Source: an uncultured virus (IMG/VR IMGVR_UViG_3300009181_007169) (taxonomy: Duplodnaviria > Heunggongvirae > Uroviricota > Caudoviricetes). From it: a DNA stretch of 64,000 nt. The translations under genes were made by a program, and so were the position numbers. The notes beneath the pieces were generated by a model. The model was not told the origin of the DNA, made no database searches, and worked only from the letters and a program-made list of their open reading frames with translations. The stretch is taken from IMG/VR virus record IMGVR_UViG_3300009181_007169; one strand, given 5' to 3'. This document shows positions 9,540 through 19,287 of the stretch, piece after piece; the first letter of the stretch is position 1, and every line of letters starts with the position of its first letter.

Positions 9540-11202
9540 ATTTTTTGATCAATGTATTAAGAATACTACTTTCAGCAATATTTTTTTCGTCATTTTCTAC
9601 TCCAAATAATTTTCTCAATTGTTCTTTAGGAATATTAGAATCTTCAAGTTCGTCAAAATTTTTGCTGATGTATTTAGCTGGAGTTGTATCTGTATACGGG
9701 AAGACTGGATATACTGTTGATAGAATTTCTTCAACTACTTGTTCTTTTTCTTGATTGTTTAAGTCTTGAAAACTTTTATTGTATTTTTTTTCAGCTCTAG
9801 TTCTTAAACCTGAAATAATCATTGGCGTGACATGTTGAAAAAGAGTATATCTTAAATCTTTTTTCAAGTCTTCTTCAGAAATTGTTGTCTTTTTGAAAAT
9901 AATATTTAAGGCTCTTTCTAATAATTCTTGTTGTTCTTCAGGATCTTGAATAATTTTTTTGATAGACACTTGCAATGAATGAATTAAAATATTTATTTGC
10001 GCCAGTTTTTGACTTTTTCCTGTCCCAACGAATTTTCCATAGGATCGTGTTAAAGCCACATTCATTTTTCGTTTAAACCCAAGAATTGCTTCAGATTTAA
10101 TGAGCGATATCATGATTTCTTTTATCAAATATTTCTTTTGTTCATCTGCCGTTGCATATTCTCTTGCCCACTTAGGTAAAGTGTAAAAATTTGATTGCAA
10201 AATGTCCTCCACAAGATTCTCAATATTTATTTTTTCTAAATATTCATTTACTTCTTTTTCTAAGTCCAATTTAGTAAACTCAGATGTTATATTTCCAGGA
10301 GTGTATCTTGTTGGTCCCATTCTTTTTGGAATAAATTCATCAGTTATGTATTTATAAAATTCATCATAATCTGCTTGAGCTTGCAAAGATTCTTCATCTG
10401 AATTAGCATTTTCAATTGCCGATTTTAGCCTCAAATGTTTTTGCATTAATGATTCTAAACCTTCTTCTTCCATTCCCTTAGGCAATTGTGGGTTTATGTA
10501 ATAGCTCATCAAAAAGTTTTCTGGGTTAGAAGTGAATTTATTAAATATATTTGAAACTGCGTTGATTTTATCTTCAATATCACCTGAAATTTCATATGTT
10601 TGTTTATTTTTTTGTTCTTGAATTTTATCTGATTCTGTTCTACTACTAATAAATTCATCTTTATCAACGTTTGATGGAATTGTAACGTTTTGAGCTTCTT
10701 GCATAATGCTACCCCAAATTGAATTTATAGCTTTTTTAACATTTGCTCCTTCGCCACTGAAAAGAGGTTGCAAAATGTATCTATAAATATTTCTAAGATT
10801 TTTTTTGTCATTCTTTTCATACAAAAACATATTTGATAATCCATCCTCAAGGCTTTCTGCGTATTTTGAATTTGGTTGAATTTTGCTTTTTGCGTAAGTA
10901 TAAATTAATGCAAAATTTTCATTTATTTTTTTAAGGTATTTTTGTATTTGTTTTACTTTATCTGTTTGGTTTAGATACATTTCATCCAAAATATTTCGTC
11001 TTTCTGATTCACTGAAATTATCATTTTTAAACATTTCATTTAAATCATAATCTAGATTGCTAAAATCATCATACTTCTCATTTTGAGCAATTTTTATAAA
11101 CATTTCAAAAACTTGTGAAGGTTTCAATGAATTAGTTTCTTTTTGAGCTTGCTTAATAAGTTGCGCAAGTTTATTTCTGTCATTAACTATAAAGTTTAAC
11201 AT
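9523..11202 (-). CDS. Hypothetical helical protein, possible internal virion protein
   Basis: 559 aa; KLAQ, IKQAQ, IKIAQ in the first 40 residues. Confidence 0.6.
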   Translation of the reverse strand: MLNFIVNDRNKLAQLIKQAQKETNSLKPSQVFEMFIKIAQNEKYDDFSNLDYDLNEMFKNDNFSESERRNILDEMYLNQTDKVKQIQKYLKKINENFALIYTYAKSKIQPNSKYAESLEDGLSNMFLYEKNDKKNLRNIYRYILQPLFSGEGANVKKAINSIWGSIMQEAQNVTIPSNVDKDEFISSRTESDKIQEQKNKQTYEISGDIEDKINAVSNIFNKFTSNPENFLMSYYINPQLPKGMEEEGLESLMQKHLRLKSAIENANSDEESLQAQADYDEFYKYITDEFIPKRMGPTRYTPGNITSEFTKLDLEKEVNEYLEKINIENLVEDILQSNFYTLPKWAREYATADEQKKYLIKEIMISLIKSEAILGFKRKMNVALTRSYGKFVGTGKSQKLAQINILIHSLQVSIKKIIQDPEEQQELLERALNIIFKKTTISEEDLKKDLRYTLFQHVTPMIISGLRTRAEKKYNKSFQDLNNQEKEQVVEEILSTVYPVFPYTDTTPAKYISKNFDELEDSNIPKEQLRKLFGVENDEKNIAESSILNTLIKKYAFKN

Positions 11203-11651
11203 TATTCTCCTTTTTTACTTGCCAATCTTGAAAATGTGTGGAAGTCAAATTTTTCCGAAGCACGATTTTCATTCAAAGCATTTTTTGTAGATAAATACGA
11301 ATCGCGCAAAGCTGTTCTACCTCTATCAGTTATTTTAACAGACCTACCATTGCCAGAAATTAAACCTTCGGCTCGAAGAGCTAAAATTGTTTCAGAATCT
11401 ATTGAATTTGGTATTGAGCAATATCTTTCATTCGTGTCGTGAATAGCACTGACAACAAAATCTGTGTTTTTGTCAATATCTTTAAGAGCTTCAATTGTAT
11501 TAATTGAATATTTTTTATTCTTGTTAACAGATGCAGTAGATTTCAACAAAATTGATTGAAGCTCAGAAAGCTGAAATTCTGGCTGTAATGAGTCACCAAA
11601 AGTGATTGATAATGATTCTTGTTGATGTATTGGTATGATTGGCTGAGGCAT
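11202..11651 (-). CDS. Hypothetical protein, possible winged helix
   Basis: ILALRAEGLISGNGRSVKITDRGR resembles a wHTH wing. Confidence 0.5.
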   Translation of the reverse strand: MPQPIIPIHQQESLSITFGDSLQPEFQLSELQSILLKSTASVNKNKKYSINTIEALKDIDKNTDFVVSAIHDTNERYCSIPNSIDSETILALRAEGLISGNGRSVKITDRGRTALRDSYLSTKNALNENRASEKFDFHTFSRLASKKGE

Positions 11652-11660
11652 AGTATTATT

Positions 11661-11684
11661 TTCTTTTTAGTTGATATTTTACCT
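11661..11684 (-). promoter_or_regulatory. SigH-like promoter AGG-N17-AGAA, 9 nt before ATG
   Basis: AGG taaaatatcaactaaaa AGAA aataatact ATG. Confidence 0.6.
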
Positions 11685-12119
11685 TCTTGGTAACAAATTT
11701 TTCCAATAATTTGGACCCTGATTAGAATCATGAGCTTCATCCCAAGTAAAGTAATCTAAACTACCATTCATTGAGGGAGAAGAGGCAAGATTACCTGGGT
11801 CTACATAAGCTGGACCAGGAACAGGATCCTCCCCATGCATTGCGCCCTCTAAATTTAATTTTTCGTCATCATCAGTATTTAAATTTCTGTAATCTGGTAT
11901 TCTCCACTTTAATTCTTCATAAAATTTTCTATCAAATTCTTGAAAATCTTTTTCATTTCTTTTCCAGGTATAAAATCTTGCAGAAAGTGGTAATTCATCC
12001 AAACTTGTTAAGTTATATGGAAAAGCAGCTAATTTAATCATTTCATTTTGAAACTTATCTGCCATTTTAAAGTTACCATTACGCTCCAATAGATCAATTG
12101 CTTTTAAAACCTCTTTCAT
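11679..12119 (-). CDS. Hypothetical protein with shared helical leader
   Basis: MKEVLKAIDLLERNGNFKMADKFQNEMIKLAA. Confidence 0.6.
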   Translation of the reverse strand: MKEVLKAIDLLERNGNFKMADKFQNEMIKLAAFPYNLTSLDELPLSARFYTWKRNEKDFQEFDRKFYEELKWRIPDYRNLNTDDDEKLNLEGAMHGEDPVPGPAYVDPGNLASSPSMNGSLDYFTWDEAHDSNQGPNYWKNLLPRR

Positions 12120-13180
12120 TAAAGAATTCCTATGCCATTATATGGGCTATTTGTCGTATCAGGGTTTTCAATTGTAGAATTTGTACCTAATGTATCATTA
12201 CCCCAAGGAGTAGAACTAACATATCCTCTTTCTGGAAATCGTCCTTTTAACCATGCGTCCCAATCTATACCATAAAACATATCTGGATCCAATCTATCAA
12301 TTCCTTTGGGTGATTTTTTGAGTTTTCTTAATTTTATTTCCAGAGGTTGATTGTTCTTTTTTGCATCATTTGTAATTTGAGAGGGCAATGGATTTAATGA
12401 ACCTTTGTAATCATGAAAAGTTTGTGATTCTTCTGGTGTATTAATTAAAAGCGTGGAATTTTGCATGTTATGGTTATCGGGGAATGTTGGATTATTTAAA
12501 TCCTTAATGTACTTATCAACCCCCATACCTAATTCGTATTGTGGAGCTATTCCAGTAAATGCCTCAGAATATTGAGCATAAGCGTAGGGATCATTTTTGT
12601 ATTCCTCCCAAGGTGTTAGCTGTTCGCTGGATGTTGGTAAAGATGTTCTCTCTCTTCTAAAAGAATCAGGACCATTTTTTTCATTGTTCAATCTTATTTC
12701 CATTGGCGCATCATCAGGATAAACCACTGACGCATGTTTAGAAAAATCTATATTTGTGTTTTTTCTAAAGTTTTCAAGCAAATCTTCTACTGTATTTAAT
12801 TTTTTGTGAATTATTTCAGTTTTGTTTTCAACATTTTTTTTTGAAAGATCTTTTATATATTGTTCTTTGTTTCTGATTTTTTGTTTAACGCTTAGTTCTT
12901 TTCTTTCTTCTGGAGATAGTAAGTATGAAGGTATATCAGATTCTAAACTTTTATGAAATGTTTCTAGCAAAGTTTCTAAAGGTCTTTCATAATCACCTAA
13001 AATTTCTGGTTTTCTGTAGCGACCCATTAAATCATCCAAAGATGTATCTCCACTAAAATTGTTAATACCATAACCTGCATATCCAGATGGACCTCCTCTA
13101 AACTGAGGTGAACCTCCCGGTGAAAAAGGTGCATATTGACCACCTACTCCTCCAAAATTTGCAAGCCTTTTACTCATCAA
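12119..13180 (-). CDS. Hypothetical head-module protein
   Basis: 353 aa; MSKRLAN followed by a Gly-rich segment. Confidence 0.6.
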   Translation of the reverse strand: MMSKRLANFGGVGGQYAPFSPGGSPQFRGGPSGYAGYGINNFSGDTSLDDLMGRYRKPEILGDYERPLETLLETFHKSLESDIPSYLLSPEERKELSVKQKIRNKEQYIKDLSKKNVENKTEIIHKKLNTVEDLLENFRKNTNIDFSKHASVVYPDDAPMEIRLNNEKNGPDSFRRERTSLPTSSEQLTPWEEYKNDPYAYAQYSEAFTGIAPQYELGMGVDKYIKDLNNPTFPDNHNMQNSTLLINTPEESQTFHDYKGSLNPLPSQITNDAKKNNQPLEIKLRKLKKSPKGIDRLDPDMFYGIDWDAWLKGRFPERGYVSSTPWGNDTLGTNSTIENPDTTNSPYNGIGIL

Positions 13181-13187
13181 AGATTAT

Positions 13188-13212
13188 TTCTAAATTAATT
13201 TGTATTTTACCT
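13188..13212 (-). promoter_or_regulatory. SigH-like promoter AGG-N18-AGAA
   Basis: AGG taaaatacaaattaattt AGAA ataatct TTG ATG. Confidence 0.55.
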
Positions 13213-15315
13213 AAAAATTCGACCAGTGTAAGCAACCCTTGATCGCGGTAATGTTTGGACAACTGAAGATTGTGAATTGCTTTCATAAATAGCAGCAGCG
13301 ACAGCATCACAAAGATCATCTTTATATGATGTTAAAGCTTCAATGATTTGTCTTCCATTTCGCCACTTCTTTTGCAGAAAAGTAAACTGATCTTTGGCTT
13401 CAACAATCTCGTTTATATCAATTATATTTCCTTTAACATCTTTAACTTTTCCAGCAGACATTTTGTAAAATTCAATTCTTTTATCTCTAAAAGCTTCTAA
13501 TAAATGCAGATAAATTTTATCTTTGTATTCTTTATTGAAAACTTTCAACACAACAGGTAAACCTTGTGCAGACAGTTTAGATATAGTTTCAGGGCTACCC
13601 CATTGATCAAAAGATATCTGTTTGAATCTAAATTTATTATGCAATTCTAAAATATATTCTTCTACTTCTCTTATAGGAACTGGTTGTTTCATTTTTAGAG
13701 GAGCCCAGAATTGCATGTGATCAACAAAGAATTTTTTGATAGGTCTACCTTGTAAATCTAATTCGCCAGTTGATACAGCGTGAACTACTGCAATTGCATA
13801 ATAATCTGATCTGTTTGCAGGATCAACATGACAATAATAATCTATTAAGCCAGGTTCTCTTAACTCTGTTCTAGTAATCTTTGTTGAATTTTCAAAAGCA
13901 TAAGCAACATCTTCTGGACTTAAGTATGGATCTTGAGAATTAGATCCAAATTCAGCTCCGTATTGCATATTGTACTCAACTGGATCTCTTCTTTTTTCAC
14001 CTTCAAGCCAAAGTTTGTCCACATTTGCATTAATTTGCCATGTTGGAAGTTTCAAAATAAGAGTCATGCTGTCTTCAAGTCTTGAATTATAAAGTGTGTA
14101 AAGTTGTCCAAATGGACCTTTAGGGTTTGATAGGCAAATAATTTTTCCATCTTTTCCAAATGTTGTTAACGATGGTTTTAAATCATTATATAATTTTTTA
14201 TCAACACCTGAATTTGGATTATCACCTGCCATAGCAGCGAGCTCATCTAAAATAATGCACCAACAAGTTTTACCAACCAATCCTGAAGCTGATGAAGAAC
14301 CACATTTTAAAATGATTGTTCCATCCAAAGGTGTTAGTCCTCTTTCTTGTCTTCTGATATTTTCTTCAATATCTCTTTCTGTTAAAAATTTCATTTCCAA
14401 AGCATTATCCACACCAATATATTTTTGAAAAAATGGAGAGGCTACAGCGCTATTTTTCATGGGTGTAAAGATTGAGTCTTTTGCTTGGTCTTCATTTTTA
14501 GCCACATTGAGTATGAAAATTTCACCAAAATCAGGCAATCTTAATTTTTTTTGTGGATGCTTCATTGACAATAGTCTGTACAGCTCGTAAAGGGCAATTG
14601 CTACAGTCATAAATGATTTACTGCCTCGACGACCAATTATTAGAACTAATTCTTGAAACTTATTGCGTAATTTCTTTTTGATTTGCATTTTTACAGCTTC
14701 ATCAGGAATTTCATCAATTAAATCCATTTCTGACTGAAAAAAATCTTCTGTGTCTTCTTCATAAATGTCTCTCAACATTTGCTCACCGTCTTTATCATTT
14801 GCGGCTTTTATTTCATGCTCTAATCTTATTTTTCTTGTTTGTAATGGGCATCTTGAGCATTTTAAACATCTTGAGTTTATTGGGGAAAGAATAGATAAAT
14901 AATTTTCTTCTTGTTCGATTGCTTTTGCACAATTATTTTCATTTTCAACTACATACTCCCAAACACAATTCTTACATCCAGCTACATCTTCTTTCTTTGT
15001 TTCATTAAATTCAACATTTGTATTACCTTCTGAACCAGCATAAAACAATTTTAATGCCAAAATTTGCCAAGGATAAGGCTTTAAATTTAAAAAGTAAGGA
15101 TGTATAATGAAAGTTTCTATATCAACAAGATTATTTTTATTGTATTTTGTTTGGTCTTTAGGCTCTGGTGGTGGAACTTCATACCTGTTTGAATATTCAA
15201 TTTCATCTATTGGCTCGCCAAAAACATTTGCAAAAAACTGTTCGAGCTTTGCAGCATCTCGAATCATTTGCTCTCTTTGCTCAATTTTTTGTTTGTTTTT
15301 ATTTTTGTTATTCAT
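13207..15315 (-). CDS. terL: Terminase large subunit
   Basis: LIIGRRGSKS (Walker A), CIILDELA (Walker B), LSNP, YGAEF, CHVDPA and KDDLCDA nuclease motifs. Confidence 0.9.
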   Translation of the reverse strand: MNNKNKNKQKIEQREQMIRDAAKLEQFFANVFGEPIDEIEYSNRYEVPPPEPKDQTKYNKNNLVDIETFIIHPYFLNLKPYPWQILALKLFYAGSEGNTNVEFNETKKEDVAGCKNCVWEYVVENENNCAKAIEQEENYLSILSPINSRCLKCSRCPLQTRKIRLEHEIKAANDKDGEQMLRDIYEEDTEDFFQSEMDLIDEIPDEAVKMQIKKKLRNKFQELVLIIGRRGSKSFMTVAIALYELYRLLSMKHPQKKLRLPDFGEIFILNVAKNEDQAKDSIFTPMKNSAVASPFFQKYIGVDNALEMKFLTERDIEENIRRQERGLTPLDGTIILKCGSSSASGLVGKTCWCIILDELAAMAGDNPNSGVDKKLYNDLKPSLTTFGKDGKIICLSNPKGPFGQLYTLYNSRLEDSMTLILKLPTWQINANVDKLWLEGEKRRDPVEYNMQYGAEFGSNSQDPYLSPEDVAYAFENSTKITRTELREPGLIDYYCHVDPANRSDYYAIAVVHAVSTGELDLQGRPIKKFFVDHMQFWAPLKMKQPVPIREVEEYILELHNKFRFKQISFDQWGSPETISKLSAQGLPVVLKVFNKEYKDKIYLHLLEAFRDKRIEFYKMSAGKVKDVKGNIIDINEIVEAKDQFTFLQKKWRNGRQIIEALTSYKDDLCDAVAAAIYESNSQSSVVQTLPRSRVAYTGRIFR

Positions 15316-16022
15316 TATTCAATTGATTGCCTTAATTCTCTTGTTTTTTCCATTATGATTCTTTTATCCTCATCGCTAACCATAAGATGAAATAAATCGT
15401 GCAAAACTTCAAATACATTAAACTTTGATAAATCGTGCGAGCTTTCGTCTCTTTTTTCTTTTACTAACATTATTTGTCTTGTAATTTTTTCAATCATTGA
15501 TGATCTTTTAATTATTTCATCAGCAGTTCTGGCATTTATTCCTCTTACATCATTTAGCTCAACCATTAATGCTGTTAAGACTAATTCAAATTCGCGATAT
15601 CTCCACTTTGATAGTTCTTCCTCTCTTCCTTCGTAATCTAATAATCCTGGGGTTTCTATTTTGTTGAAATCACAATGATATTTGACATGCTGCTTTACTT
15701 GAGTCCAATTTAATTTAGCGTTAAAATGCTCTTCAAAAAACTTAATTGTAGTATTTACTTTCTTACCACAATCAATGTAAGCATGTTCTAACAGAGTTCT
15801 ATGCGGTGAATTACAAATTGCACATTTTGGTGAAAAAAGCTGTGGATATTCAATTCCAGAAACATTTATCTTGTAAGGCTTTACTGGTTTGGCGTCTGCT
15901 TTTAATGAGCTGAATAAGACAATATTTGGATTTTCTACATCTATTGGATTATTAGCAACAGTTTCATCAAGGATGATGTTTTCAATTAATGGAGAAATTT
16001 CGTAACTTTCGTTTTGTTGCAT
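15315..16022 (-). CDS. Probable terminase small subunit (zinc-binding)
   Basis: Immediately upstream of terL with overlap; CAICNSPHR...QHVKYHC followed by a helical region. Confidence 0.45.
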   Translation of the reverse strand: MQQNESYEISPLIENIILDETVANNPIDVENPNIVLFSSLKADAKPVKPYKINVSGIEYPQLFSPKCAICNSPHRTLLEHAYIDCGKKVNTTIKFFEEHFNAKLNWTQVKQHVKYHCDFNKIETPGLLDYEGREEELSKWRYREFELVLTALMVELNDVRGINARTADEIIKRSSMIEKITRQIMLVKEKRDESSHDLSKFNVFEVLHDLFHLMVSDEDKRIIMEKTRELRQSIE

Positions 16023-16028
16023 AATAGA

Positions 16029-16062
16029 TTTATACAGGCTAATTCATTTTAGCCTGTATAAA
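16029..16062. terminator. Perfect 14-bp inverted repeat; probable terminator containing a GTATAAA promoter element
   Basis: TTTATACAGGCTAA-ttcatt-TTAGCCTGTATAAA. Confidence 0.6.
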
Positions 16063-16064
16063 AG

Positions 16065-16784
16065 TTAAAGACCTAAATCTTTTTTAATTTCAGCGTAAGG
16101 AGAATTGTGTTCGTAGGCTAAAATTACATATTCGTCGGGGAAACCAAAAACACCATAGTTAGATTTTGCAAATTTTTCTGAAGTTGATTCCACTGGTTTG
16201 ATTGATGCCTCTATTTTTTTTCCATTGTGAGTAATTGTAAAATTGCCTTTTGCTGTTTTTACAACGCTACATTTTTGGGCAATTCTTCTTGCTCTACAAA
16301 CATTTTCGGCAAGCTCAGAAATTATTGATGGTTGAATAAAAGCATGCATGGTTGTTAGTTGAACTGGGTTTTCGTAAGCAACATCTGCAATTTTTTGAAA
16401 AGTTTCTCGTTCTTTTTTAGAAATTTTAAGCAGAGGATTTTCGCCTTCAGTCATAAGTTTCACAAATTTAGTTGGACCATGTGCTTGCAAAACTTTTTCA
16501 AACTTGTGCGAAATATCAGAATATTTCTTTGGCACACCATTTGCCGCTTCAACACTCATTTCAAGATCTGCTTCGCTGATTTTATTGTTAGCCTGCATAG
16601 CCTCTTTTACAAGTGATTCTTTATAACCCTCTGCAATTAAAATTTCTTCAATTTCAGGTAAAGTAAAAGCTTTTCTTTCAAGTAAAGGCGCCATTCTAGA
16701 TTGAATGGTGCGTAATTGTATTTTGTCGTTTGTTCGGTTTAAGTTATTCCAGTTGTAAAAAATTTCAAAATCTGTAGAATTCAT
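16065..16784 (-). CDS. Hypothetical protein
   Basis: 239 aa ORF in the minus-strand gene run. Confidence 0.6.
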   Translation of the reverse strand: MNSTDFEIFYNWNNLNRTNDKIQLRTIQSRMAPLLERKAFTLPEIEEILIAEGYKESLVKEAMQANNKISEADLEMSVEAANGVPKKYSDISHKFEKVLQAHGPTKFVKLMTEGENPLLKISKKERETFQKIADVAYENPVQLTTMHAFIQPSIISELAENVCRARRIAQKCSVVKTAKGNFTITHNGKKIEASIKPVESTSEKFAKSNYGVFGFPDEYVILAYEHNSPYAEIKKDLGL

Positions 16785-16812
16785 AATGACCCTTAATACA
16801 TAATAATTTTGT

Positions 16813-17376
16813 CTATGAGGATTTATAACTTTTTTTTAATTTTTTTCTTAAAATTTCTAAAGCATTGTGTAATTTTTTATTAAAAGCTGGCTGGGAGATA
16901 TTCAGTATGACTGCACATTCAGATTGTGTTAGATTTTTGAAATAAAATAAATCAATTATATGTTTAGTTTTTTCAGGTAAACTATTAAGTGCTTCATCTA
17001 ATGCAGGATTGCCTTCAAAAAAATATGAAAATTCCTCTTGCTCATAATGCTCCGCTTCGTTTAATGTTACTAAGTTAATTTTATCAACATATTTTGATTT
17101 TACTTTTGAAATTAAATAGGGTTGCAGTCTAGTATCAAGATAATATGAGAAATAACTTTTATCTTTGTCATACTTTTCACATAAGTCTTTAAAAATAAAT
17201 ATGCATTCAGAAAACAAATCATCTTTTTCTATTGTTTTGTATCTTGAGTGAACTTTGTTTACACAAACATTTACTATTGGTTTATAGAATTCAAATAATT
17301 CCCAAAGTGCGTCAGTATTTTTCTCTTTAACTTTTTCAACTAAAGAGTCTATATGTAAATAATCATCTTGATACAT
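16813..17376 (-). CDS. Sigma-70 family (ECF-sized) RNA polymerase sigma factor
   Basis: Region 2 (EKDDLFSECIFIFKDLCEKYD...FSYY) and region 4 (ALNSLPEKTKHIIDLFYFKNLTQSECAVILNISQ). Confidence 0.85.
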   Translation of the reverse strand: MYQDDYLHIDSLVEKVKEKNTDALWELFEFYKPIVNVCVNKVHSRYKTIEKDDLFSECIFIFKDLCEKYDKDKSYFSYYLDTRLQPYLISKVKSKYVDKINLVTLNEAEHYEQEEFSYFFEGNPALDEALNSLPEKTKHIIDLFYFKNLTQSECAVILNISQPAFNKKLHNALEILRKKLKKSYKSS

Positions 17377-18208
17377 GTTGCTTAAATTTAAAAAATAATT
17401 TTATTAGTTCTAATTTCGGGTTTGAACCCAATCTTACATTTTTTAAGCAATTTTCAGTTAAACTTAATATTAAATGGTGAGAACTTGAATTTATTTTATT
17501 CAGTTTTTCTTTCACTTTATCATATCTAAACTGATTGTTAACTGAGGTGGAGGCAAATTTAGATTTGTGTTCATAAAAATTTTTAGATTGTGTTTGAATT
17601 ACCTCAATGTAATCTTTTGACGTTTCTCTAATGCGGTTGAAATAATCTTCGAAATTATTTTCATTTATATATTTAATTTGTTTCAAGCAATTTACATCAC
17701 CTGACCATAATTCTTCAGTAAATTTCCAAATATCAAAGTATGAATCAAAAATTAAACCATACACTTGTTGATCAAAATCATAAAGATCATTAATTAAGCA
17801 AAGGTCATACCATTCATAATTTTGCTTACTGCCTTTAAATTTTAAGTTTGCTTTCTTTGATGGTAAGAGATTTTCTGTTTTAATATTTGGGAAAATCGCT
17901 TTCAAACTAATAAAATCTGTAGTAGGAATGGGATCAAACGTTAAATGATTGGATTTTTGTTTAATTTTTTTTACATAATCAAGCCTTAAATCTAAGTTTT
18001 TATCCATAAAGCACAATATAAAATTATCAAAATTAATTTTCTCAATTGTTTCTTTATCTGGGTCAAAAAACACATAAAAATCAACAGTATCTAAAAATGA
18101 AAAAGAATTAACTTTTTCAGGGTTAATGTTAATTTTTTTATCGGAGACTATTTTTTCAAGCTCTGATAAAACAAAATATGATTCTCCTTCTAAAATGTAG
18201 TTGGGCAT
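17363..18208 (-). CDS. Possible DNA polymerase III delta (HolA-like) subunit
   Basis: N-terminus YILEGESYFV, size, and position beside dnaN/dnaX; weak. Confidence 0.4.
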   Translation of the reverse strand: MPNYILEGESYFVLSELEKIVSDKKININPEKVNSFSFLDTVDFYVFFDPDKETIEKINFDNFILCFMDKNLDLRLDYVKKIKQKSNHLTFDPIPTTDFISLKAIFPNIKTENLLPSKKANLKFKGSKQNYEWYDLCLINDLYDFDQQVYGLIFDSYFDIWKFTEELWSGDVNCLKQIKYINENNFEDYFNRIRETSKDYIEVIQTQSKNFYEHKSKFASTSVNNQFRYDKVKEKLNKINSSSHHLILSLTENCLKNVRLGSNPKLELIKLFFKFKQHVSR

Positions 18209-19287
18209 AATAGTATTGTTGTTTTGTCATGGGTTAGTTTACAAATGAAGAACGATTCTTTCATGTTTATAAAATCTAAGTTAACCCAAGATGCTTGCAA
18301 GGAATCTAAACAGTCCATGAAAGTTTTAGCAATATAAGCAGAAGAAGCTTCACCATTGCAAGATTCTACTGTAACTGTTTCTTTTGCTGCCAGAGAATTT
18401 TCTTTAGATTCTAAATTCAAACTTTCATTTTTAACATTAAAGTTAACAGAAGAATCTAAAAAGACACCATTGAAAAATTTTAAAGTTTTTGATAATTCAT
18501 AAGTTGAAACTTTCACAGAAGCCTCAGATGGCTTACTGATGAATTCAAGAATCTGATTCGGAAAAGAATCTTTTTCAGCTTTTTCTATATAAATTGTTAG
18601 CTTGCAATCATTTGATTCTATATATAGGCATTTATTGTTAATACAGCATTTACTCAATGGGTTTTCGCCAAAAATGTTTTTAATAATTGCAGGAGATTTT
18701 TTAGGAATAAAAACTTCAATTGAATTTTTATTTACAATTTTTAAACTTGATTTATAAAATGATGGTCCATTAGTTGCTTTTATTTCAAAATTATCAACAT
18801 CAGCATAACAATGGATAGCAGTAAGTGGATGATCCTGGAAATTATTCGAACAAAATTTTGATGCAAAGCTTAACTTTGAAATAAACTCGTGTGGATTTTC
18901 TAATTTAAACTCTGCAACATAATCTGAACTTACATTATTTTCAAAAACAGCATCAGAAACTTGTAAACCAATTTTAGTTTTTTTATCAGAACTTGAAACC
19001 AGGCAGGATTGTTTTTCGCTATCAAAATTTAATAAAATGTAATCAGAAGATACATGCTTGACAAATTCCAAAATTGTTGCAGTTTTTACACTAAAAGAAA
19101 TATTTTCAGAGCATTCAATAAAAGAAATTGATTCTTCATAAAATGTGAAAGAGCCCTTTGTTGAAAGAATTAATTTATCATCTTGAAATAAAAACTGAGT
19201 TAATGACTCAGATGTTTTTTTCTCACAGGCATCAAAACACCGAGAAAGTGCTAATTCCAATGAATTCTTGTATAATTTCGCTTTCAT
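18190..19287 (-). CDS. dnaN: DNA polymerase III beta sliding clamp
   Basis: 365 aa three-domain pattern (HPLTAIH, ATNGPSF, FIPKKS, C-terminal LLCP); clustered with dnaX. Confidence 0.7.
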   Translation of the reverse strand: MKAKLYKNSLELALSRCFDACEKKTSESLTQFLFQDDKLILSTKGSFTFYEESISFIECSENISFSVKTATILEFVKHVSSDYILLNFDSEKQSCLVSSSDKKTKIGLQVSDAVFENNVSSDYVAEFKLENPHEFISKLSFASKFCSNNFQDHPLTAIHCYADVDNFEIKATNGPSFYKSSLKIVNKNSIEVFIPKKSPAIIKNIFGENPLSKCCINNKCLYIESNDCKLTIYIEKAEKDSFPNQILEFISKPSEASVKVSTYELSKTLKFFNGVFLDSSVNFNVKNESLNLESKENSLAAKETVTVESCNGEASSAYIAKTFMDCLDSLQASWVNLDFINMKESFFICKLTHDKTTILLCPTTF

